Shown here piece by piece: positions 17,911-26,052 of a DNA stretch of 64,000 nt. The first letter of the stretch is position 1. Each line of letters opens with the position of its first letter. The DNA is from an uncultured virus (IMG/VR IMGVR_UViG_3300044970_002808). Lineage: Duplodnaviria > Heunggongvirae > Uroviricota > Caudoviricetes. The DNA lies in IMG/VR virus record IMGVR_UViG_3300044970_002808, positions 1-64,000 of that record; one strand, written 5' to 3'. The notes below the pieces were generated by a model. The model was given only the letters and a program-made list of their open reading frames with translations. It made no database searches and was not told where the DNA came from. A program made the translations under genes and the position numbers.

Positions 17911-18213
17911 GTGGAAACTCTAATCGATGTTTTACCCGTATTTTACAAAATGGGAATTAGCCGTAAACAATTACTATCTATGCCACATTGGGAAGTCATG
18001 AATGCTTTAGCTGGTCATTATAAACATCGGGCTAGGGACATTCTTGACATGACCGATGCTGTTGCGTTAGGTTCTGGATTTGGTGAACCAGAGGAAAAAG
18101 AAAATCTCCGCAATATGATTGCTGGTAGAGCAGGTTTCCCCCGGATTAAAACCAAAGTCCCCAAGAAATTTACGGGTAAATCTTGGACTTCTGATTTAAT
18201 GGGGGCTATTTAA
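17911..18213 (+). CDS. tail assembly chaperone, frameshift part (gpT-like)
   Basis: -1 frame, open back to C CCT TTG at 17872; MGISRKQLLSMPHWE pattern. Confidence 0.6.
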   Translation: METLIDVLPVFYKMGISRKQLLSMPHWEVMNALAGHYKHRARDILDMTDAVALGSGFGEPEEKENLRNMIAGRAGFPRIKTKVPKKFTGKSWTSDLMGAI

Positions 18214-18785
18214 TGTCCAGGTCTAAAAAAGATATTGTGGTAAATACGGAGGGAAGTCTACCAGATTTAGTAAAGGAGGCTATTTGTTTCTATAAGGGTT
18301 GCTACCCTGAATACTCATTCTCGGAAATCTGTCGAAGGGTAAATCGGAAGATAACTCCTTTGGATATTAATGAGAATCTAGTAGTCCGAGTTATTGAGGC
18401 TGAACCTAATTTGGTTGCTAAATACCGGAAGGGCGGGGCTGAAGCCGTCAAAATGGGCATGGAATTAAAGGAGTTAAAGTATGCTACTTTATATTCCCGG
18501 GTTCAGTTCTTGGCCGAGGTAATGGATATGGGTAAGTCTGGCTACAGTGACCAAAAAGTTACTGGTCGGGGTGATGTTATCGAATTAGTTTCTAAAAATC
18601 TTTCTGCCTCTTTGGAAGCACATAAACAACTTACTGCCATCATGTTTATGGTAGAGGGTGCTACTGAAGTAGTCAGTGAAGAAGACTATGTTGATGTCGC
18701 TGTTTACCCTCAATTCCTAGAACCCGCCCCAAATCAGATTGAGGCTAGTGCTGAATTAGCCCCCGATTCCGTTGAAAACGTTTAG
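18213..18785 (+). CDS. putative terminase small subunit (DUF2280-like)
   Basis: N-terminal HTH-like segment; YATLYSRVQFL..KNLSASLEAHKQ pattern, recalled similarity only. Confidence 0.35.
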   Translation: MSRSKKDIVVNTEGSLPDLVKEAICFYKGCYPEYSFSEICRRVNRKITPLDINENLVVRVIEAEPNLVAKYRKGGAEAVKMGMELKELKYATLYSRVQFLAEVMDMGKSGYSDQKVTGRGDVIELVSKNLSASLEAHKQLTAIMFMVEGATEVVSEEDYVDVAVYPQFLEPAPNQIEASAELAPDSVENV

Positions 18786-18808
18786 TCACTAACAACCATA
18801 AAAACAAC

Positions 18809-19444
18809 ATGGTCAATATTGCCCACGGATTGAAACCCAAGAACCGCTATCAAGAACAGTTTCTACGGTCTTTACGGACAAATACCATTTCTATTGGTGT
18901 TGGTGAGGCTGGTACAGGTAAGACTCTGATTGCGATGTATTCCGCCCTTTTAGCTCTTAATAATCCAGATGACCCCATTAATAGTGTTTTATATGTAAGA
19001 CCGTTTGTAAGAGACAGGGATGAGGTTGATATTGGGGCTATGCCAGGTGATTATGGGGAAAAAGTAGATTCATTGGGAACTCCCCTATGGACTAATCTTT
19101 CTGAAATTGCCCACCCTAAAGATTTCCAGAAGCTCCGTTCTACTATAGAAATTAGCCACATCGGTAATATTAAAGGAGCTAGTTTGTCTAATACCTTTAT
19201 TATTTTTGATGAGGCTGAGGACGCTACTGAACGTCTGTTTAAAGCCGTGGTAACTAGAATTGCACACGGTTCAAAGCTCTGTATTATCGGAGACCCCACC
19301 CAATGTAGTTTGAAAACTGAAGCCTATTTACCAATTGCCGCAAACCGGTTGAATGATGTGGAAGGTGTTGGGGTAACTTTCTTTCCGAAGGGTACGTCGG
19401 TTCGCCATCCAATTCTGGCCAAAATTTTAGAAGCACTAGGTTAA
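18809..19444 (+). CDS. phoH: PhoH family ATPase
   Basis: GEAGTGKT, DIGAMPGD, FIIFDEAED, TRI, GDPTQ and VRHP motifs. Confidence 0.92.
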   Translation: MVNIAHGLKPKNRYQEQFLRSLRTNTISIGVGEAGTGKTLIAMYSALLALNNPDDPINSVLYVRPFVRDRDEVDIGAMPGDYGEKVDSLGTPLWTNLSEIAHPKDFQKLRSTIEISHIGNIKGASLSNTFIIFDEAEDATERLFKAVVTRIAHGSKLCIIGDPTQCSLKTEAYLPIAANRLNDVEGVGVTFFPKGTSVRHPILAKILEALG

Positions 19445-19472
19445 TCTAAAGTTAATCCTGAATTAAATATTA

Positions 19473-19509
19473 AACCACCTTGACGGGTGGTTTTTTTGTT
19501 GCTATAATA
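19473..19509 (+). promoter_or_regulatory. intrinsic terminator overlapping a sigma70 promoter
   Basis: ACCACC-TTGACG-GGTGGT-T-run; TTGACG-N17-TATAAT. Confidence 0.7.
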
Positions 19510-19537
19510 AACGGGATACCTATTTCTGGACTAAACT

Positions 19538-20242
19538 ATGTCTAATTTATCTTATAACGGACAAATCATCGAACAGCGTCAGACCGATAACTATGTCAAT
19601 CTGACGCAAATGGCTAAAGCTAATAATGTTCAGTTAAAACATTTCAATGAAAGTGAGTTTGCCAAAAAGTATCTGAAAGCCTTACAGGAGTCCATTAGTC
19701 GGGATTCCCGACTTATGGAAGTGAAAGGTTTCGGTGCTGATAAAACCACTTGGGGTCACCCTTTAGTAGCAATCGCTTTTGGTCAGTGGATTAGCCCAGA
19801 GTTCCATGTCTGGTGTAATTTTAACATCCAGACCCTAATAACTAAAGGGTCTGTAAGTTTAGCCCCCGTAGAACAGCCTCAGTTACCCCCGAATAAAGTA
19901 GCCCTAGAGATTAGTCGGGACGTGCGAGAAATTACGGATAACCTAACGGACAACCCAAGATTAGCCCAATTCTTAATTGACCATGCGATTTCTGGCATTA
20001 TGCCAAGTCAGGCTACTTTAACTGGGGATTCCTTGCAAGGAGTTGTTGAGATTGCACTAGAAATGGGATTTCAAGTTGACCACAGCAGTCGGTCACAGCT
20101 TGGGAAGTTTGTGAAAAAACTTTGTGGTCAACTTAACCAACCTGAGAAACGGTTAGTTAACGGCACAACACGAGAAGTTGCTTGTTATCCATCAAACCAC
20201 CCTGAAGTGAGACAGGCTATAACAAACTTCTTCACTAAATAA
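19538..20242 (+). CDS. KilA-N domain antirepressor-like protein
   Basis: YVNLTQMAKA and TWGHPLVAIAFGQWISPEFHVWC motifs. Confidence 0.9.
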   Translation: MSNLSYNGQIIEQRQTDNYVNLTQMAKANNVQLKHFNESEFAKKYLKALQESISRDSRLMEVKGFGADKTTWGHPLVAIAFGQWISPEFHVWCNFNIQTLITKGSVSLAPVEQPQLPPNKVALEISRDVREITDNLTDNPRLAQFLIDHAISGIMPSQATLTGDSLQGVVEIALEMGFQVDHSSRSQLGKFVKKLCGQLNQPEKRLVNGTTREVACYPSNHPEVRQAITNFFTK

Positions 20243-20333
20243 TTAAACAAAGAACCACCTTAACCGGTGGTTTTTTTGTGCCTAAACGATACCGCCCAAA
20301 ATATTCTTGAATCCCCCTGCCCACTGAGAAAAT

Positions 20334-21176
20334 ATGTACTCCCCCGTTGAAGCTTTTACCACTTGTGTTGGTTATTCGGATTTTTTGTCTTGGTCTTTAC
20401 TTTTCAATCGTCCGCAGTTCGATAATCTGGTAGTCCTCACTACACCCCAAGACCTGAAAACCCAAGAGGTATGTTCCTTTCACCATGTTCAGTGTTATGC
20501 TACTGAAGCTTTTTTTGCTGAGGGTCAAACTTTCGGTAAATCCCAGGCAATCGATGAATTTTTGAAGTCTAATATTTTATCTAAAAGCGGTTGGCTAGTC
20601 CACTTTGACTCTGATATTGTTCTACCCCCTCGCTCAATGAATCATATCCGAAAAGAGCTTATAGAAACCGATTGTATTTACGGTATTGACCGAGTTAGTG
20701 CAGTAGGTTTTGATAAATGGACAGATTATGTTAGCGACCCTAACGTATTTTATGAACAGGAAGTCTGGCTCAGATTAGACCGTTTCCCGATTATGCCCCG
20801 TGTCTTTAAGGATGGGTATTATGTCCCCATTGGATTCTTTCAAGCTTGGTATGCTCCCAATAGTGAAAATTCCTACCCTACAGTCCATCAAAATGCCGCT
20901 AGAGCCGATATGCTATTTGCTATGCGATGGGGAGGACAGAAGCGCAAATTAATCGCTAATGCTGTAGGAATCCATTTAGAGTCAGAACATGGAAATCTAG
21001 GGGTTAACTGGAACGGACGGAAAACCCCCCCCTTTAAGTCTAGAGTAATTCCAGAACAAGGAGGAGAGTCTGTCTTAGAACTGTGGGAACAAGGGGGAGA
21101 GTCGGTCTTAGGAGTGTGGGAACAATTAGAAAAGGCTTTAGAAGAATTTAAGGATATATGGTTCAGTAACTATTAA
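20334..21176 (+). CDS. GT-A fold glycosyltransferase-like protein
   Basis: WLVHFDSDIVLP DxD motif, GFFQ, AARADMLF, IHL. Confidence 0.7.
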   Translation: MYSPVEAFTTCVGYSDFLSWSLLFNRPQFDNLVVLTTPQDLKTQEVCSFHHVQCYATEAFFAEGQTFGKSQAIDEFLKSNILSKSGWLVHFDSDIVLPPRSMNHIRKELIETDCIYGIDRVSAVGFDKWTDYVSDPNVFYEQEVWLRLDRFPIMPRVFKDGYYVPIGFFQAWYAPNSENSYPTVHQNAARADMLFAMRWGGQKRKLIANAVGIHLESEHGNLGVNWNGRKTPPFKSRVIPEQGGESVLELWEQGGESVLGVWEQLEKALEEFKDIWFSNY

Positions 21177-21234
21177 CAGGCAAGAAAAAACCCCCTATAC
21201 TCTAGGGGGTTAAATAAACCAAACAAGGAACAAA

Positions 21235-21306
21235 TCTGGGTTGTGGGAGTCGAACCCACCTATGCCGTCTTATGAGGACGGTGCTTATCCGATAAGCTAA
21301 ACCCAG
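21235..21306 (-). tRNA. tRNA with CAT anticodon (elongator Met or Ile2)
   Basis: CTGGGTT/AACCCAG acceptor, GCTT/AAGC D-stem, CCGTC-CTCATAA-GACGG, GTGGG-TTCGACT-CCCAC; no encoded CCA; promoter at 21332-21361. Confidence 0.93.
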
Positions 21307-21346
21307 AAGGTCTTTTGCTCCAGACCTCTTTATTATAACTTAGCCG

Positions 21347-22186
21347 TTATGGGTTTGTCAAGTCTAAACCCAAAAGAATTTCCTCAATCATCGGGATGTC
21401 TTCCCGTCGGTAGAAATACTCAGTGCTGATTCGTTTTTTCTTGCCGTTTTTTAACCCGTAGACATGGCGTTTGGGGGGTTTTTCACCCATTAAGGTTTCC
21501 CATGCTTGAGCAACTTGAAGGCGGATTTTGCGGAACTCTGTGTTAGTGAAGTCTAAAGCCTTTGCTTCTAGGTAATCTTTTAGGGAGAAATCTTCCGGCA
21601 GATAAAAGGGCAAACCTTTTAGTCCATTTTTCCACCCATCGATTTTAGGATAGACCGTGACTACTTTTTTGAAGTCACGGATTTCTTCTCGCATTTCCCG
21701 TACTTCACCAACTAAACCCGTCATGACCATTTCAATGTTAGCCAGACGGTCTGAGTCAGAGACATAACCAGTGACAGATTTAATCCATGTGTCGATTCCG
21801 ATTGAAGCAAAAGCTAAAAGACTTTTTCGAGCCACTGGATTAGCGGCTTTTGATTCAAAACCGTAATAGGAAATGATAGCGGCGGCGGCTTTACTGTTGA
21901 CAATGTTCGCAAGATTAACACTGTCGCAATCCCCTTTCAGCGTCTGGGAGAAAACCTTACCTTGGAAGGGTTTCAAGCATTCTGGGACTGTTTTTGATTC
22001 GGGGGTTTCTTGAGAAAGATTTGCGATAACCCGACCCTCTGAGAACATACTCCCACGTTGAACTCCACATAATCGGGCTAACGCAGACTGACTCATGCCA
22101 CAGGTTTTCCCGTCTGCACTGACAAAAAATTGCAATTCCATATCTAATTCGGGGACTTTAACAGTTGTGGGTTTTACGATTTCCAT
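21347..22186 (-). CDS. antirepressor-like DNA-binding protein
   Basis: GMSQSALARLCGV..IISYYGFES..FASIGIDTWIK pattern plus coiled coil. Confidence 0.65.
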   Translation of the reverse strand: MEIVKPTTVKVPELDMELQFFVSADGKTCGMSQSALARLCGVQRGSMFSEGRVIANLSQETPESKTVPECLKPFQGKVFSQTLKGDCDSVNLANIVNSKAAAAIISYYGFESKAANPVARKSLLAFASIGIDTWIKSVTGYVSDSDRLANIEMVMTGLVGEVREMREEIRDFKKVVTVYPKIDGWKNGLKGLPFYLPEDFSLKDYLEAKALDFTNTEFRKIRLQVAQAWETLMGEKPPKRHVYGLKNGKKKRISTEYFYRREDIPMIEEILLGLDLTNP

Positions 22187-22192
22187 ATTTAC

Positions 22193-22614
22193 CTCTTTAG
22201 TGTTTTCTGATTACTTTAACAGTATAACTTAGTTTTTATGGGTTTGTCAACCCCCTAACAAAAAAAAATCCCCAGCTAGGCTAGGGTTATTAAAGTTGAG
22301 TCAGTATAGTTAATCCCGGAGCCAAATTATTAGCACTGATAAAAGCAACAAAACTTGCACCAAAGCAAGCGTCGTGACTACGAAAACTAGGACTACGGGA
22401 ACTAGGACTACTTGGCTAGAGTCAGATGTGTGCAAAGTACATTCAGTTAAAACTACTGGGAAGTGCGGGGGGCATTCGTAGGTAAGTATGTTTTTCATAT
22501 TTCTCTTTGGTGTTTTCTGATTACTTTAACAGTATAACTTAGCCTTTATGGGTTTGTCAACCCCCAACAAAAAAAAATCCCTAGCTAGGCTAGGGTTATT
22601 AAAGTTGAGTCAGT
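22193..22614 (-). repeat. about 112-bp direct repeat (terminator, promoter, RBS) at 22193-22305 and 22503-22614
   Basis: near-identical copies seen directly. Confidence 0.9.
22310..22498 (-). CDS. small membrane protein
   Basis: long hydrophobic C-terminal stretch; flanked by the repeat. Confidence 0.6.
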   Translation of the reverse strand: MKNILTYECPPHFPVVLTECTLHTSDSSQVVLVPVVLVFVVTTLALVQVLLLLSVLIIWLRD

Positions 22615-22618
22615 TTAA

Positions 22619-23209
22619 TTAGCGATAATCACCATCGCCTTTAATAGTACCTGCCAATTTTCGGGCAGATAGCTTTGCCATGTTCAAGTTCATTACACTG
22701 AGAAGGTTGTTAAACCCGACCCGGAGGGCTAACTCATCAAGAATGACGAACAGGGACATTACCCGCAGTATAGACGGCAGGATAGCTAGGGATTGGTATG
22801 CTTCATCCCCCCGTAGTTGTTTTTTGTGAGTACCAGCGAAGGAGCCAGCATCAATTACTGCTTTTTCAAACACTTTACTCATTCTTAGGGTAGAAGCATA
22901 GCGTAACGAATCTGGTCTGCTCAAAGAGTATTGTGAAAATAAGGTGGACAGTGGGGGGAGTCCCAGATGCTTAACTATTCGACACAAGTAGTAAACTACG
23001 TCCCCCAGTTCTAGGGCGATTGCCTTAAGGTTAGTGTCATCTTGAGCTATTTGGTCATTATAGCACTCGATGGTTTCAGCTAACTCATTAACCAAACCCA
23101 GAATGGAATAAGTCAGGGCTACTTCATCGGGGTAAACTGCTGTAGAGTCCGTAAACTCCATATATGAGTCTAGGTAAGCCAAATTTTCTGGTGTTAATTC
23201 AAATCGCAT
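22619..23209 (-). CDS. mazG: MazG-like NTP pyrophosphohydrolase
   Basis: LGLVNELAE, ELGDVVYY and NMAKLSAR..GTIKGDGDYR motifs. Confidence 0.85.
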   Translation of the reverse strand: MRFELTPENLAYLDSYMEFTDSTAVYPDEVALTYSILGLVNELAETIECYNDQIAQDDTNLKAIALELGDVVYYLCRIVKHLGLPPLSTLFSQYSLSRPDSLRYASTLRMSKVFEKAVIDAGSFAGTHKKQLRGDEAYQSLAILPSILRVMSLFVILDELALRVGFNNLLSVMNLNMAKLSARKLAGTIKGDGDYR

Positions 23210-23380
23210 AGGTTTTTAGGTCTTTAAGGTCTGTATGTTCCCAACATAACATACCGCTTATTGGTTTGTCAACATATTTTATCCATAAGAAAAAGCTATC
23301 AATGAAGTATAAGTAAATCTTATCGCTAGGGTAAGCCCCCATCGCCCAATCTAAGACAGAAGCGATTGAGCGTAGAGATA

Positions 23381-25996
23381 ATGGCAAAACCTGGAAAATT
23401 AAAATTATATTTACACCCGGGACAACAAGAAGTATTCGGAGACCCTGCCAGATTCAAGGTTTTGGTTTCATCGAGGAGATTTGGGAAAAATTTAGAAGAA
23501 AACACCCCTATTTTGACCAAAAATGGTTATAAACCGATTAAGAAAATTTTCACTGGGGACACTGTATATAATGAACAGGGTTTACCTGTAAAAGTTTTAG
23601 CGGCTACCGAGGTATTTGAAGATGATTGCTACGATATTGTCTTTGAAAATGGACAGGTTATCAGAGCAGGGAAAAACCATGAGTGGGTTTTGGAGCTAAA
23701 CCGTAAGTTAGAGTCTAACACATGGACTACTGAGGAAATATTCTATTACCATCAAAACATTCAAAAGGGAAGTAAAAAACTTAATTTATCTGTTCCTCGT
23801 AAAATTTTGCATCCGTGGGAAAGCTTTTTTATAGCCGATGTAATCCCTGTTGGAAGACATCGAACTAAGTGTATTCAAGTAGAAGGAGGGATTTTCCTAT
23901 GTAGTAAAAGTAACATCCCTACCCATAATTCCAGGCTACTATTAACTACTTTAATCGAAAGGGCTATTAATTACAACGGCAACTATGATAAAGCTTCACC
24001 CCCCGTCGTTTTGCTCGTTATGCCTAGCTTAAAACAGGCTAAACAAATCCACTGGGAACCACTTGTAAATATTCTAGATGGACACCCAGCAGTTAAAAGA
24101 ATTTTTAAGTCTGAATGCAGAATCGTTTTTAAAGGAAATAAACCAGACATCATCCTCAGAGGAGCCAATGAAGATAATGGCGACAATATGCGGGGGTTGA
24201 AGATATATTTTGCTGGATTAGATGAGATGCAAGATATAAAACCTATTGTATGGACGGAAGTGATTCGCCCTGCTTTAGTTGATACTAAAAATAGTACATC
24301 TCTAATAATTGGCTGTGTTAATCCCAATACAAAGGTACTAACTCTCACTGGAATCAAGGAAATTAAAGATTTCGACTCTGATACAAAAGAGAAAGAGTAT
24401 TTACCCATTTCTGAGGACATCTATGGAATAGGTAGAGAGTTCCACAAAGCAGATGGCTTCTTTAACAATGGTATCGTGGAAACGAGAAAAATTTCAACCA
24501 GCTACGGGTTTACTTTAGAATCCTCCCTGAACCACCCTATCCTGACCAAAGATGGATGGAAGAAAACGGGTGAACTGGAAGTTGGGGATAAGGTAGCCAT
24601 AGACTATGGGATGGAAGTCTGGGGGAACATTGACCCCTTAGCTGATTTTGAAGGGACTGGGACTGAGATAAACGGCTTAAGTATTTCAGGTGGGATGACT
24701 GAGCAGTTAGCCCATTTCTTAGGGTGGGGCATAGCACAAGGGAATTTTGCCAGTGCTTTTCATAATAGCGATGATTTAGGCAAATTCCTGAACCTATTAA
24801 AGCACTTAGGTATGCGAAAGTTTTTCCCCTCTTGGTTGTGGAACGGAAAAAGAGAGTGGGCTGTGTCTTTTATAAAGGGATACATAGTAGGGGCGGGTTT
24901 GAGGAATGACCAAAAAAGAATAGTCCTCAGAAGCCCGTCAAAAGAGCTTTTAAGAGAGATGCAATTACTACTGACTAATTTAGGGGTAGTGGCGTGTCTC
25001 GGAGGGGATGGGCTGGTTTTAAACGGGTTTAACCCCAGTGAACCCTTAAAAAATCAAGACTATTACTGGGATACAGTAAAAACCCTTGAACAATCAGAAT
25101 GTCAGACTTTTGATTTCACCATTCCAGAAACCCATTCTTTCTGGTCTAACGGGTTTATCAGTCATAATACGCCCAAAGGGGCAGGTACATTTTTCCATAG
25201 TCTCTACCTACAAGGTGGTGAAGTTCCTAATTGGGCTAGTTTTTTAAAAACAGTTTATGATAATCCCTTTATTCCCCTTGATGAAATCCAAAGAACCAAA
25301 GAGTCATTACCCGAAAAAATCTTTAGACAAGAATTTTTAGCATCTTGGGAATCTTTTGATGGTCAGATATTCTCAGATTTAGATAAGAGACACTTACTGG
25401 ATGATGACGATTTACCGACAAAATTTGACCAAGTATATATCGGAGTGGACTGGGGAGATGTGAATCCTGCCCTAGTAGTGGTGGGAAGACGGGGAGCCGC
25501 TTATTTTGTGATTGATTGTTGGGAAAATCCCAACCCTAAAGCGGCCATTGAACAACGAGTCCACAATGAGAAAGCCATTGAGTTAGCCAGAACGCATGGT
25601 GTCAACCGTGGATATGCTGACCCGTCACAACCGGGAAGAATTTTAACCATGAGAAAAGCGGGTGTTCCCAAGTTAATGGAGGGCTATAATAGGGTATCAG
25701 AAGGTAATGGGGTGGTTAACACTTTATTACACCAAGATAAACTTTTTATTGCCAAATCCTGTAAAAGGGTTTTTGAGGACATGACTGCATATCACCGAGA
25801 GTCTAAAGAAGGGAATGTTACCGAGAAAGTGGCTGAAGGGCAAAGAGACCATTTTTGCGATGCTTTACGTTACGTTTTGGCTACTTTGGAGCATCGGAAT
25901 ATTGAGAATATCATCGATAGTATGGGTGCAAATACCCTAATACCCAGTGTCCCCCAAGATGATAGTCTCTACGGAAATTATAATTCTGGCTATTAA
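23381..25996 (+). CDS. terL: terminase large subunit containing two inteins
   Basis: SRRFGK/S Walker A, GLDEMQD Walker B, G/TPKG, GVDWG and DHFCDALRY nuclease motifs. Confidence 0.95.
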   Translation: MAKPGKLKLYLHPGQQEVFGDPARFKVLVSSRRFGKNLEENTPILTKNGYKPIKKIFTGDTVYNEQGLPVKVLAATEVFEDDCYDIVFENGQVIRAGKNHEWVLELNRKLESNTWTTEEIFYYHQNIQKGSKKLNLSVPRKILHPWESFFIADVIPVGRHRTKCIQVEGGIFLCSKSNIPTHNSRLLLTTLIERAINYNGNYDKASPPVVLLVMPSLKQAKQIHWEPLVNILDGHPAVKRIFKSECRIVFKGNKPDIILRGANEDNGDNMRGLKIYFAGLDEMQDIKPIVWTEVIRPALVDTKNSTSLIIGCVNPNTKVLTLTGIKEIKDFDSDTKEKEYLPISEDIYGIGREFHKADGFFNNGIVETRKISTSYGFTLESSLNHPILTKDGWKKTGELEVGDKVAIDYGMEVWGNIDPLADFEGTGTEINGLSISGGMTEQLAHFLGWGIAQGNFASAFHNSDDLGKFLNLLKHLGMRKFFPSWLWNGKREWAVSFIKGYIVGAGLRNDQKRIVLRSPSKELLREMQLLLTNLGVVACLGGDGLVLNGFNPSEPLKNQDYYWDTVKTLEQSECQTFDFTIPETHSFWSNGFISHNTPKGAGTFFHSLYLQGGEVPNWASFLKTVYDNPFIPLDEIQRTKESLPEKIFRQEFLASWESFDGQIFSDLDKRHLLDDDDLPTKFDQVYIGVDWGDVNPALVVVGRRGAAYFVIDCWENPNPKAAIEQRVHNEKAIELARTHGVNRGYADPSQPGRILTMRKAGVPKLMEGYNRVSEGNGVVNTLLHQDKLFIAKSCKRVFEDMTAYHRESKEGNVTEKVAEGQRDHFCDALRYVLATLEHRNIENIIDSMGANTLIPSVPQDDSLYGNYNSGY
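23489..23929 (+). other. class 3 mini-intein (147 aa) in the TerL Walker A
   Basis: starts NLEENTP; W in block B (NHEW), C in block F (TKCIQV), ends PTHN|S. Confidence 0.85.
24314..25168 (+). other. class 1 intein (285 aa) with degenerate LAGLIDADG remnant
   Basis: CVNPNT start, SLNHPI, TFDFTI, SHN|T; FLGWGIAQG and FIKGYIVGAG remnants. Confidence 0.9.
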
Positions 25997-26052
25997 GGGG
26001 CGAGGGTAGGGACGCTCATGACCTAAGTAGAAGACCTAACCCCGCCCACCCT

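Noticed and set aside
25166..25177. late-motif match AATACGCCCAAA inside terL
   Set aside because: Explained by conserved N-T-P-K codons at the intein junction.
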